In this document: piece by piece, positions 43,165 to 52,865 of the stretch
How positions within the stretch are numbered: position 1 is the first letter of the stretch
Layout: every line of letters starts with the position of its first letter
Assembly (NCBI GenBank): GCA_043757325.1
Contig: JAYVPO010000110.1
Coordinates: 2,386-66,385 of the forward strand
Source: a bacterium
GTDB taxonomy: Bacteria > Bdellovibrionota_B > Oligoflexia > Oligoflexales > RGVZ01
Length of the DNA: 64,000 nt
Reading direction: 5' to 3'
Translations under genes and position numbers: made by a program
Notes under the pieces: model-generated
The model's database searches: none
Told to the model about the DNA's origin: nothing
Seen by the model: the letters and a program-made list of their open reading frames with translations, nothing else

Positions 43165-44256
43165 ATGATTTTTGAAGAAATGAAATTGAGATCTCGCAGT
43201 GAAGCGCTAACGAAACTTTTTCCAGAGTTTGTCGGAAGTAGTGTGCAGATGAGTGCTCTTTTGGAGCTGGTAGCTAAAGTTGCGCGGTCCGATAGTTCCG
43301 TTTTAGTGCGTGGCGAAAGTGGCACCGGCAAAGAACTCATCGCGAAATCCATTCATCGATTGTCGATGCGTGCGGAACGACCTTTTATTGCTCTTAATTG
43401 CAGCGCTATTCCAGAAAACCTTTTGGAATCAGAACTATTTGGCCATGAACGCGGAGCTTTTACCGGAGCCGACAGAAAACACGCTGGGGTTTTTGAGCGG
43501 GTTAATGGCGGGACGTTATTCTTGGATGAAATCGGCGATATGGCCTTGTCCTTACAAGCCAAGTTATTGCGGGTATTGCAGGAAAAAAAATTCACACCCG
43601 TCGGTGGAATTGAACTTAAAAAAACCGACGTGCGGGTCATCGCCGCTACCCATGTGAACTTGCACGAGGCCATGCGTAAAAATTTATTTCGGTCGGATTT
43701 ATTTTACCGAATCAACGTTCTGCCGGTCGACGTTCCGGCTCTTCGCGAACGCAAAATGGATATTTATGAGTTGGTGCAGTTTTATCTAGAACTCGCCAAC
43801 CGCATGCACACCGAGCAGTCAGAGTGCACCCTTTCAGAAGAAGCTATTAAAATGCTTGTGCAATACGATTGGCCGGGAAATGTTCGCCAACTCCAAAATG
43901 TGATTGAGCGGATGGTTGTAATGGCTGCAGGCGGGGAAATCTCCAGCGAATTTATTCCAGATGAAGTTAAGACATTTGTCGACAAAAATTCTGCGGGCGA
44001 GCAAGTTACGGAGAAAAAGCTAGAATTAATCGTTCCGTTACGAGCTGGAGCTTCAATCTCGTATCCTGATCAATTTGGAAAACTTCCTGATTTGGGGCTT
44101 AACTTAGATCATTATATCGAAAATTTAGAAAATAACCTGATTGCGCAAGCACTCGAGCGCACTCAAAATAATCGCAACCAGGCAGCCAAACTTCTGGGAA
44201 TGAACCGTACGACCTTAGTCGAAAGATTAAAAAAACGCAAAATCGCTACACTTTGA
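43165..44256 (+). CDS. sigma-54-dependent transcriptional activator without an N-terminal sensory domain
   Basis: 363 aa. The AAA+ domain starts ~20 aa from the N-terminus (GESGTGKE, ERGAFTGA = GAFTGA loop, LFLDEIG). The C-terminal Fis-type HTH is NRNQAAKLLGMNRTTLVERLKK. Confidence 0.85.
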   Translation: MIFEEMKLRSRSEALTKLFPEFVGSSVQMSALLELVAKVARSDSSVLVRGESGTGKELIAKSIHRLSMRAERPFIALNCSAIPENLLESELFGHERGAFTGADRKHAGVFERVNGGTLFLDEIGDMALSLQAKLLRVLQEKKFTPVGGIELKKTDVRVIAATHVNLHEAMRKNLFRSDLFYRINVLPVDVPALRERKMDIYELVQFYLELANRMHTEQSECTLSEEAIKMLVQYDWPGNVRQLQNVIERMVVMAAGGEISSEFIPDEVKTFVDKNSAGEQVTEKKLELIVPLRAGASISYPDQFGKLPDLGLNLDHYIENLENNLIAQALERTQNNRNQAAKLLGMNRTTLVERLKKRKIATL

Positions 44257-44263
44257 CAGAATG

Positions 44264-44821
44264 TTAAAGTGTTAAAATTTCTTTTTCTTTAGCAGATAAT
44301 TTGTCGTCGACAGTTTTTACGAATTGATCGGTAACTTTTTGAATTTCGGCTTCGATTTTTTTAAATTCATCTTCGGCGATTTTTTTGTCTTTTTCCAATT
44401 TTTTGGCGGCTTCATTAGCCTCGCGGCGAATAAGGCGCAAAGCTACCTTCACATCTTCACCGATTTTTTTGAGGCCTTTAACAATATCCTTACGGCGATC
44501 TTCGGTTAATGGCGGAAAAGGCAAACGAATCACATTGCCATCGTTGGTTGGATTTACTCCAATATCGTAAATTCGAATGGATTTCTCAATTTCTCCGATC
44601 ATTTTTTTTTCAAATGGAGCCACAGCAACGGTTCTGGCATCAGGCGTAGAAATAGTCGCGACCTGACTAATTGGTGTTGGTGTACCGTAATAATCGACTC
44701 GCACGGCGTCTAAAATAGAAGCCGACGCCCTACCCGTTCGAGTTTGGCGCAATTCATTTTCGAAAGCCTTGATTCGTTTATCCATATTTAATTTGCAGCT
44801 GGTAACAATTTCTTGCGACAT
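44264..44821 (-). CDS. frr: ribosome recycling factor
   Basis: 185 aa with typical RRF sequence (..RTGRASASILD.., ..LPFPPLTEDRRKD..). Confidence 0.95.
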   Translation of the reverse strand: MSQEIVTSCKLNMDKRIKAFENELRQTRTGRASASILDAVRVDYYGTPTPISQVATISTPDARTVAVAPFEKKMIGEIEKSIRIYDIGVNPTNDGNVIRLPFPPLTEDRRKDIVKGLKKIGEDVKVALRLIRREANEAAKKLEKDKKIAEDEFKKIEAEIQKVTDQFVKTVDDKLSAKEKEILTL

Positions 44822-44841
44822 ATTTTTTCCTTAAGCAAGTT

Positions 44842-45558
44842 TTAAGATTTTACTATGGTACCGTTTAATTTACCCAAAATGACGTCGGCAACGCAATATG
44901 GATCACCCATTTTAAAAACTACAATGGGCATATGAGCTTCCATGCACATAGTAATCGCAGTAGCATCCATCACGTCTAGTTTTTTGGAAATAACATCTAA
45001 ATAAGTCAACTCAGAGAACTTTTTGGCGTTGGGATTTTTGTGCGGGTCGCTATCGTAAATGCCGTCAACTTTGGTGGCCTTCATAATCACGTCGGCGTTG
45101 ATCTCGCGAGCACGAAGCGAGGCCGCCGTGTCGGTGGTAAAAAGAGGATTTCCAGTTCCCCCAGCAAAAATAACAATATGACCAGACTCCAAATGTTTAA
45201 TGGCGCGTCGTCTAATATAGGGCTCGGCTAACTCAGTCATAGTAATAGCTGTCATAACACGAGTTTGTAGTTTAAATTTGTTCTCGAGCACCGACTGCAA
45301 TGCAAGACCGTTAATGATTGTCGCAAGCATTCCCATATAATCGGCTGACGTGCGGTCCATACCCCAATGGGCGGCCGTGGAACCTCGAAAAATATTGCCG
45401 CCGCCGATAACTATTGCGACTTCGATTCCAAGCTCTTTAGCGCGCGACACTTCCAAGGCAACGGCTTCGATGGCCGCGCCGTCGATCCCGCCTTTGGTGC
45501 CACCAAGCATCTCGCCGGAAAGTTTTAACATGACTCGTCGATATAGCGGTTTGCTCAT
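44842..45558 (-). CDS. pyrH: UMP kinase
   Basis: 238 aa with KLSGE, ..[11 protein letters not shown].. and ..[16 protein letters not shown]... Confidence 0.95.
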   Translation of the reverse strand: MSKPLYRRVMLKLSGEMLGGTKGGIDGAAIEAVALEVSRAKELGIEVAIVIGGGNIFRGSTAAHWGMDRTSADYMGMLATIINGLALQSVLENKFKLQTRVMTAITMTELAEPYIRRRAIKHLESGHIVIFAGGTGNPLFTTDTAASLRAREINADVIMKATKVDGIYDSDPHKNPNAKKFSELTYLDVISKKLDVMDATAITMCMEAHMPIVVFKMGDPYCVADVILGKLNGTIVKS

Positions 45559-45590
45559 TTTAAAGAAATCCTTTTCTTGTTTTTTTAGAG

Positions 45591-46490
45591 CTAGCTTTTA
45601 AGCTGGGCTGCGACTTCCGCAGCAAAATCTTCGGTCTTTCGTTCGATACCTTCGCCTAATTGAAACCTTGCAAACTTAATGGCTTTTAGATTAGCGCCAG
45701 CTTTTTTGATTAAATTTCCAACGGTGGTATCTGGATCTTTTACAAAAGCTTGATCAAGCAAACAAACCTCTTGAAAAAACTTGCGCATTTTTCCCTCGAG
45801 AATTTTTTCGATCATCGCTTCAGGCTTTTTTTCTTCCAAAAGCTTTTTGCGCTCAAGTTCGCGCTCTTGCAAAAGCTCATCTTTTTTAACAATTTCACTA
45901 TTAAGATAGCGTGGATTTGCTGCCGCGATATGCATGGCAATGTCTTTTGCCAGCCCAATTGTTTCGGGGGATTTTTGACCTTCAAGCACTATAGCAGTAC
46001 CGATTTTTCCGCCCATATGGACGTAACCTGCGATGCAACCATTGGTTGTAGAAAAATACTCAGCACGACGCAGTTTCATATTTTCTCCAATAGTTTGGAT
46101 CAACTGGCTCATAGTTTCAGAGATAGTTTTACCGGAGGATAATTTTTCTTGTGCGAGTTTTTCGACGTCTTGAATTTGCTTTTTCAAGGCGATGGCCGCA
46201 ACATCTTTGACTAGCTTTTTGAAATCGTCATTTTTGCTAACAAAATCTGTTTCGCAATTCACTTCTAACACAATAGCAGCATTCGAATCATCGTTTACCA
46301 GAACTTCAACTAGGCCCTCAGCTGCAATGCGGTCGGCTTTCTTAGCTGCACGCGACATGCCGCGCTCACGCAGCCACAAGATAGATTTCTCGAGGTCGCC
46401 GCTATTTTCCTCCAAAGCTTTTTTACATTCCATCATTCCAACCCCAGTTTTTTCCCGGAGCTCTTTTACTTGACTTGCAGAAATACTCAT
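45591..46490 (-). CDS. tsf: translation elongation factor Ts
   Basis: 299 aa with ..[19 protein letters not shown].. as the UBA-like N-terminus. Confidence 0.95.
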   Translation of the reverse strand: MSISASQVKELREKTGVGMMECKKALEENSGDLEKSILWLRERGMSRAAKKADRIAAEGLVEVLVNDDSNAAIVLEVNCETDFVSKNDDFKKLVKDVAAIALKKQIQDVEKLAQEKLSSGKTISETMSQLIQTIGENMKLRRAEYFSTTNGCIAGYVHMGGKIGTAIVLEGQKSPETIGLAKDIAMHIAAANPRYLNSEIVKKDELLQERELERKKLLEEKKPEAMIEKILEGKMRKFFQEVCLLDQAFVKDPDTTVGNLIKKAGANLKAIKFARFQLGEGIERKTEDFAAEVAAQLKS

Positions 46491-46514
46491 AACGATAGTC
46501 CTTAAGTTTTTAAA

Positions 46515-47315
46515 TTAATGTTCAAGCCGAGATTTTTTCGAAACCGAAACAGCATTACCTGACTCATCGAAGAATTGGCCGACTTCGACTTTTGAATTTG
46601 CACCGTCGTCGGATTCTGATTTATCACGCATTCGGGACTTTCCTTGCAAGCAGGCTTCGGCAACCGTGGAAATAAAAAGTTGCAAAGATTTCATGCTGTC
46701 GTCATTGCCTGGAATGACATGATCGAGCACGTCGGGATCAGCATTGGTATCGGCAATAGCAACAACGGGAATATTTAGCCGGCGGGCTTCTTTAACGGCA
46801 ATGTCTTCTTTGTGTGAGTCTACGACAAAAAGGGCTCGTGGTAATCCCGGCATGTCTTTGATGCCACCAAGGTTTCGCTCTAATTTTTCTTGCTCGCGAG
46901 TTAGGTTTAATACTTCTTTTTTTGTTAATTTATCGTAGGTTCCGTCGCTTGCCATTTTCTCAATTCTTTTGAGACGATGAATGCTCTGGCGAATGGTTTG
47001 GAAATTTGTCAGGGTGCCACCAAGCCAGCGGCTATTGACAAAATACATTCCGGCGCGGCGTGCTTCAGTTGCGACGATTTCTTTGGCCATTTTTTTAGTT
47101 CCTACAAACAAAACGTGGCCACCGCGAGAAGTTAGGCCTTCGAGAAATTCGCAGGCTGTTTGGAATTGTTTGACGGTTTGCTGCAAGTCGATTATGTGAA
47201 TACCGTTGCGTGCGCCGAAAATGTAAGGTTTCATTTTTGGATTCCAGCGTTTGGCTTGGTGACCAAAGTGGACTCCGGCTTCTAGTAGATCTTTCATGTT
47301 TACGGTAACAGGCAT
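46515..47315 (-). CDS. rpsB: 30S ribosomal protein S2
   Basis: ATG 47315 after GGAG gives [20 protein letters not shown]... The track ORF extends 20 codons further upstream, probably beyond the real start. Confidence 0.95.
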   Translation of the reverse strand: MPVTVNMKDLLEAGVHFGHQAKRWNPKMKPYIFGARNGIHIIDLQQTVKQFQTACEFLEGLTSRGGHVLFVGTKKMAKEIVATEARRAGMYFVNSRWLGGTLTNFQTIRQSIHRLKRIEKMASDGTYDKLTKKEVLNLTREQEKLERNLGGIKDMPGLPRALFVVDSHKEDIAVKEARRLNIPVVAIADTNADPDVLDHVIPGNDDSMKSLQLFISTVAEACLQGKSRMRDKSESDDGANSKVEVGQFFDESGNAVSVSKKSRLEH

Positions 47316-47492
47316 CGATTTCTCCGAAAGTTTGACTTCGACGGCTTTCAAAATAGACCTTTTATAAAGATCCACTTTCGTACAATAAAGCGCGTCTGTT
47401 TATTTCTTATGGCATCCACGATTGGTTGCAACAAAAGATTGAATGAAGAAATTATAAGTTTTAGAGAATTTAAACAATGATTTTGTAGAAGA

Positions 47493-49049
47493 TTATTCGA
47501 CTTTTTCTACAATAATTTGCGTCAGACCATCAATATTTTGGATTCGGCCTTTAATTTGAGCGCGACCTTTCTTTTTTCTAAAGGCGTCGGCGTACGCAAC
47601 TTTGAAAAACACCGCCATCATTTCTTCACCTTTCGCTGACAAAACGGGAAGTCGGCATTTTGCATTACAGCGTTCAATGGCCGCCGGATTGTAAGTGAAA
47701 AGCGACGCTGACGAAATCAAGGGCTGAGGCGAAACTTTTGGCTCTAATTTGGTCGTTGGATTTGTCGATGACTTGGCAGATGTTATTGTCTTGGCAGACA
47801 CCCTGCTTTGATCTGCTGATTTTCCGACCACGCCAGTCTCAGCCGCTGTCTTGGCAGACACCCTGCTTTGATCTGCTGATTTTCCGACCACGCCAGTCTC
47901 AGCCGCAGCAATTTTTGTTATGGAAGGTTTCATCAATATTGGTGATTTGGAGTTCAGATTAGCTTTTGCGACAGGAAAGTTTTTGGTTTTGGGAGGATCG
48001 ATTTGTTTAGGTTTTTGTCGCAACCTATTGATATTTCGAGGTTTGCTTTTTAAATTCTTCCTGGGTGTCTGCTGAGAATCCCTGGGTGTCTGCTGAGAAT
48101 CGATCGCGGAGCGCAATTTCTGAGTGTCTGGTAACAATTTTTCTGGTGACAATTTTGATGACAATTCTTTCTGGGTGTCTGATGGCAGTTTGGGATTTGA
48201 TGGCTGGGTGTCTGCCGTTAAAGGACTCTGCGGCGGACTTGCAGACACCCTATCAATCTGCGGAGTTTGGACAGTTGAAGTTACGGGTTTTGGCTGTGGA
48301 GATTTTTTCCCGTGAGATAGCAGGATATAAAACCCAAACCCCAATAAAATCGTGATTAGAACTAAAATTATTTCCAGCGGAAGATTAGATAGTGAATTCT
48401 GAGAATGAGGACTTGCAAACTCCAAAGGCTGTAGCGCTTGAATAAATTTATCCATTTTAACAGACAAACCATCGGCGATAAGTTCCACGCGAGCATTTTT
48501 TGCCACCAAACCTCGGTTCCATAAATCTAGAATGGACGCGCTATCAACGGGACCAAGAAATTTTGTTTTCGAAATTCGAACAATGTATTTTTTAGCCGAA
48601 GCGGGCCTAATTGCCGGACGGGATTGAATTTTTTTTAATAGTGCTGAATGCGCCGCCAAGGCCTGAAATTGCCGAGGACGTTGGATTAAAAGAGGCTTTG
48701 TGATTTTTATTTCATCACCCGCAAGTTGCGCGGGCAGTTCCGGAAGTTTAAACGCCTGAGGAGTGTCTAGTATCATCGTAGACTGATTTGCTTCGACCAA
48801 ATGAGATTGCGCAGCAGAGACTGACGTTCTCTGTTCGGGTTTTTCACTACCAAATTGTTCGGCGCGGGGACGCTCTTCGGCACCAAAAAGTTCATCTGCT
48901 TCGATAATGCGAACTTTGATATTTGAATTTTCCGCTGACACAAAATCAAACGGATCAATACGACCCGATCGCAGGTAGTCTTGAACTTCCTGCGCGGTCA
49001 AAAATCCGATTGGCAGATTCTTATTATGAACAATCCATCTTTTTGCCAC
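47493..49049 (-). CDS. membrane protein with N-terminal GYF_2-like domain and a long S/P/T/Q-rich repeat region
   Basis: 518 aa. The N-terminal WIVHNKNLPIGFLTAQEVQDYLRSGRI resembles DUF4339/GYF_2. There is one TM helix (LEIILVLITILLGFGFYILL). The low-complexity region contains exact tandem repeats. Confidence 0.55.
   Translation of the reverse strand: MAKRWIVHNKNLPIGFLTAQEVQDYLRSGRIDPFDFVSAENSNIKVRIIEADELFGAEERPRAEQFGSEKPEQRTSVSAAQSHLVEANQSTMILDTPQAFKLPELPAQLAGDEIKITKPLLIQRPRQFQALAAHSALLKKIQSRPAIRPASAKKYIVRISKTKFLGPVDSASILDLWNRGLVAKNARVELIADGLSVKMDKFIQALQPLEFASPHSQNSLSNLPLEIILVLITILLGFGFYILLSHGKKSPQPKPVTSTVQTPQIDRVSASPPQSPLTADTQPSNPKLPSDTQKELSSKLSPEKLLPDTQKLRSAIDSQQTPRDSQQTPRKNLKSKPRNINRLRQKPKQIDPPKTKNFPVAKANLNSKSPILMKPSITKIAAAETGVVGKSADQSRVSAKTAAETGVVGKSADQSRVSAKTITSAKSSTNPTTKLEPKVSPQPLISSASLFTYNPAAIERCNAKCRLPVLSAKGEEMMAVFFKVAYADAFRKKKGRAQIKGRIQNIDGLTQIIVEKVE
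47787..47906. repeat. perfect 60-bp tandem duplication inside the GYF-like gene
   Basis: 47787-47846 is identical to 47847-47906. It encodes AAETGVVGKSADQSRVSAKT twice on the minus strand. Confidence 0.9.
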
Positions 49050-49183
49050 AAAATCCTCTTCTCCTTGACTTTTTCGGTATTTTTAGGCAAAAGTTGCGAA
49101 GCGTATTCAGCAAGCCCCTTAAGTTTTTTGGAATTTTTTAAAAAAAACCTATTTAAACGTCACATCCCTGGAAGTCAGAAACC

Positions 49184-49726
49184 ATGAAAATTAAGCTTAA
49201 AGATCTCGATCGCGCCAAAGATATTTCATTCTCTGGCCAGGAGCCTTGGCTCGAAGGCATTAAAAAATCTTTTAGCAATAGAATCGTAAATCCACTGGAA
49301 GGTTCTTTTCATATTGAACGAAAAAGTCCTTCGCAGATTTTGGTCACAGGCCAAATGACTGGAAAAGTCGAAATGCCATGTGCTCTTTGTGGCGATTTGG
49401 TGCCATGTGAAATAAACGAAAACTTTACCGCGGAATATGTCGACGAAGTAGCGTCGTCTGAAAACTGGGAAGATCCAGAATTTATTAAAACTTTAAACTC
49501 TTCAGAACAGGAGACCTACCCAATTGAAAAAGACGAAATCGATTTAGAATTATCTCTTAACGATGCGGTTCAACTTTCCCTGCCAGACCGCGTAGTCAAA
49601 ACTGACGCCGACAAAAAATGTCTGACGTGTGGCGATGATACGCGTTTAATTTCGCAAAATTTCGTTACCCCGCTAGAAAAACTGAGTCCGTTTGCACGGC
49701 TGAAAGATTTTAAGACAAAATCCTAG
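49184..49726 (+). CDS. yceD: YceD/DUF177 family protein
   Basis: 180 aa and acidic, with CALCG and CLTCG motifs. It sits immediately upstream of rpmF, as in many bacteria. Confidence 0.8.
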   Translation: MKIKLKDLDRAKDISFSGQEPWLEGIKKSFSNRIVNPLEGSFHIERKSPSQILVTGQMTGKVEMPCALCGDLVPCEINENFTAEYVDEVASSENWEDPEFIKTLNSSEQETYPIEKDEIDLELSLNDAVQLSLPDRVVKTDADKKCLTCGDDTRLISQNFVTPLEKLSPFARLKDFKTKS

Positions 49727-49791
49727 TTGACGCACGCGGCGAAAATCGCTAGCTTAATGAACTTGAACATCGTTTATACAGGTTAATTTTT

Positions 49792-50004
49792 ATGGCAGTC
49801 CCAAAATTTAGAACATCTTCTTCAAAAAGAGATTTACGTCGCTCCCATCATGCTCTTAAGAGTCCGAACTCGGGCCTTTGTTCCAATTGTGGCGAGGTAC
49901 GAAAACCTCACACTATTTGCGAAAAATGCGGATTTTACAAAGGCGCTCAGGTACTGGATGTTAAGACTTCCAAAAGCTGGGAAAATTCACAGTCTTTCGA
50001 ATAA
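49792..50004 (+). CDS. rpmF: 50S ribosomal protein L32
   Basis: MAVPKFRTSSSKRDLRRSHHAL...CSNCGEVRKPHTICEKCGFYKG. Confidence 0.9.
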   Translation: MAVPKFRTSSSKRDLRRSHHALKSPNSGLCSNCGEVRKPHTICEKCGFYKGAQVLDVKTSKSWENSQSFE

Positions 50005-50135
50005 ATCTCAACATTTCCGAATAATTCTTCAAAACGCTGGAATCCGGCTTTTAAAACACTTACCATCAGTAAGTGAATTGTCAGCGCGCGACAGTTAAAA
50101 TATTTGAAATTCGGGTTTTACAAATCGGGTAGTTG

Positions 50136-51461
50136 TTAGTGGTATTTGTGAATTGGTACTACCCAGTCCGATTTAAATTTATCCTTTCCAAAAACGACGC
50201 CGGTGCGGAAATTTTTTAGATTTTCCATTGCATACTTTTGGATATTTTCTCCGGTAATGGATTCAAGTTCTTTTGGTAACTCGTAAAAAGTTTTCACATC
50301 TCCAAATCGAATGACTGCTTCACTAAGTGCTGCCGCCAGAGAGCCGTGGGATTCAAGATTAAGAAAATAAGAAGTTGTAAACCCCATTTTAAATTCATTG
50401 AGTTCGGTAACTCCCAAAGGTTGTGAACGCATTTTTTGTATAATCTGGGCCAGTGCTACCAAGGCTTCTTCTGGTTTAGGTGTTGAAAGCGAAATCATTC
50501 CCACACCAATCGAGTGAAAAATTGGCGAAGCAAATGCAGAGTAGGAAAGAGATCTCTTGGTGCGGATCTCCTGCCACATTTCCTCACTTAAGATTTCAAA
50601 AAATAGTTTTCCGAGCATATATTCCCGAGGCGTTCCTAGGGGAATATTAAACTTAGTACGCACATAAGCTGTCGGTACATCACGGTCCTCATATGAGAAA
50701 TCATGGGCGTTTTCGTAGACTGGATTTTCGACCTTTTTGCGAGCAGACTTAATGTGGTTTAGACCGCCAAAAGCCGTGGCTAAATTTGTTAAGATTTTGT
50801 TGTTCGGAAGCGAGCTAACCACAACAAAATTTAAACTTAATTCCTTGATCAACTGCTGATGCACGCGTTTGACATCTTCCAAAGTCGCTTTACTTAATTC
50901 GGAAATAGCCATTTTTGCAGACAAACTATAGGCATGTTGGTCGCCATAAAAAACAGAATTTACTAAGTCATTAACGGATTTTTCGGAATTTTGTAGCGTA
51001 GATTTTTGCTCGGCCAGCAGCCGACTTCTTAAAAGTTCAAAATCCTTACTGGTAAATGCGGGATTAAGAATTCCATCACGAAGAATACTCATTGCCAATG
51101 GCATTTGATCGCTAACGGTTGCAATCATACAGTTGGTGGACTCGATACCTCCTTCACATTCAAAGTCGATATTATTCTTCTCTAAAACTTTAAAAAGCTG
51201 CCCTTTAGGAAATTTTTTTGAACCAACCGAAAGAAACTTTGGCATCAGCAATGCATAAGACTTACTTCCAACCGGAAGATCTCGCACCCCAAATTTAAAT
51301 GTGGCTTGGATCACCAGCACTTTTGAACTTTGAGCCTGTCGCAATACTACATTTACTTCATTTTTAAGGCTTGTTTGCTGGGTTAAACTGATTTGTTCAC
51401 GGATGGCTTGAGGGCTAATACCGGCGCTAGCTTTAAGACTAAATAACAATAAAAAAATCAT
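50136..51461 (-). CDS. M16-family peptidase-like protein (no HxxEH motif; probable non-catalytic partner)
   Basis: 441 aa with a signal peptide and insulinase-fold pattern. It follows the catalytic M16 gene after a 6-nt gap. Confidence 0.7.
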   Translation of the reverse strand: MIFLLLFSLKASAGISPQAIREQISLTQQTSLKNEVNVVLRQAQSSKVLVIQATFKFGVRDLPVGSKSYALLMPKFLSVGSKKFPKGQLFKVLEKNNIDFECEGGIESTNCMIATVSDQMPLAMSILRDGILNPAFTSKDFELLRSRLLAEQKSTLQNSEKSVNDLVNSVFYGDQHAYSLSAKMAISELSKATLEDVKRVHQQLIKELSLNFVVVSSLPNNKILTNLATAFGGLNHIKSARKKVENPVYENAHDFSYEDRDVPTAYVRTKFNIPLGTPREYMLGKLFFEILSEEMWQEIRTKRSLSYSAFASPIFHSIGVGMISLSTPKPEEALVALAQIIQKMRSQPLGVTELNEFKMGFTTSYFLNLESHGSLAAALSEAVIRFGDVKTFYELPKELESITGENIQKYAMENLKNFRTGVVFGKDKFKSDWVVPIHKYH

Positions 51462-51467
51462 CGGGTA

Positions 51468-52865
51468 CTATTCCTTTATGGTTTTCAAAGAAGAATCTTT
51501 TACCGCAGAAAATTCCTTTGAATTGTCTTGAATTTGAAACTTTTTGGCATCTTCTGGGCTCAAAAGAGCGCTAGAAAAATAAGTCTGATCGGCAAAATAT
51601 TTTTTTAAAAAATCCGAAATATTTTTTAAACTTACTTTTGCGATTCCAGACAAATAACCTTCGTAGTAATCAAGCCCCGCAATCGCCCACCAAAAGGCTA
51701 AGTTTTTAATGGTTTCAGAAGGTTTATTGAGTTCTAGTTCATACTGAACTTTAATTTTTCGTTGAGCATCTTTAAGTTTTTGTGCAGAAAAATATTTCTG
51801 AAATGTTTTGGGAGATTGCCAAAGCAAAATTTCTGATTTAAGCCTGCTTCGCACTTCTAAAATTTTTGCAGGTTCAGCTAACGCATAAAGTGTCAGCTCT
51901 CCCGACCGACCTTGGGTGTGATAAGAAAGACTGGCGTCGAGAGCAACGCCGCTATCGACTATTTGTTTGTAAAATTCTCCGGACCGACTCGAAAGAATTG
52001 TGGTTAAAATATCTGCCGTGTAAGTATCTATTTTTTGTCCTCTAGTGGTTGGGCCTCGGTAAGTTAAAAAGACCTGAGCATTTTGCACAAGTGGTCTGGT
52101 CATAACAAATTCGCTTGATTGGAATTTTCTTGCATCTACTTCAGGAATGCTAACAGGATGCCAATTTTCGGGCTTTTTCCAGCGCCCAAAATACCGGTCA
52201 ATTAACGGTGGGACTTTCTTTGGGTCAAAGGCCCCAGAAATTAAAATTGCAGAATTATCCGGAACAAAAACTTCGTCTTTAATTCTTAAAAGCTGTTCCT
52301 TAGTGGCTTTTTCAATGAGCGGTCTTTGACCCAATGCATTCCTACGAAACTCCTCACTTCCGTACATTAGCTGTCGAATTAAGTTGTAAAAGTCAAAATT
52401 TGGCTTAGAAGCAGCCCGGTCGTATTCATCGAGAACAACTTTTCTTTCGCGCTCTAATTCGTTTTGTTCAAGCAAAGGTGAAATAATTGCATCCGACATA
52501 AATTCTAAGCCTTCGCTTAAAAATTCTGCGGGTAAGGTGAAAAAATACCGCACCATTTCTGACGAAGTGTCACCATTAAAAACAATTCCAAGCTGACGAA
52601 TGCGCCGCGTAAAAGCTTCTTGGTTAGGTAGTTTTGCATTACCTTTAAAAAACATATGTTCCCATAAATGCGTAAGCCCATTGATGTCTTTGGTTTCGGT
52701 CATTGCACCCGCTTTTGATACCAAAACAATCGTTACAAGTGGAACTTTAGGTTCGTGAAACAAAATAATATCAAGATTATTTTGTGTTTTCAAAGACGTG
52801 ATATTTGCAAAAATCACAGACGCTGAAAAACAAATATAAAAACTAAAAAATAATTTCGGAATCAT
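51468..52865 (-). CDS. M16-family zinc metallopeptidase (insulinase/pitrilysin type)
   Basis: 465 aa with a signal peptide and the HLWEHMFFKG inverted zinc motif HxxEH. Confidence 0.8.
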   Translation of the reverse strand: MIPKLFFSFYICFSASVIFANITSLKTQNNLDIILFHEPKVPLVTIVLVSKAGAMTETKDINGLTHLWEHMFFKGNAKLPNQEAFTRRIRQLGIVFNGDTSSEMVRYFFTLPAEFLSEGLEFMSDAIISPLLEQNELERERKVVLDEYDRAASKPNFDFYNLIRQLMYGSEEFRRNALGQRPLIEKATKEQLLRIKDEVFVPDNSAILISGAFDPKKVPPLIDRYFGRWKKPENWHPVSIPEVDARKFQSSEFVMTRPLVQNAQVFLTYRGPTTRGQKIDTYTADILTTILSSRSGEFYKQIVDSGVALDASLSYHTQGRSGELTLYALAEPAKILEVRSRLKSEILLWQSPKTFQKYFSAQKLKDAQRKIKVQYELELNKPSETIKNLAFWWAIAGLDYYEGYLSGIAKVSLKNISDFLKKYFADQTYFSSALLSPEDAKKFQIQDNSKEFSAVKDSSLKTIKE

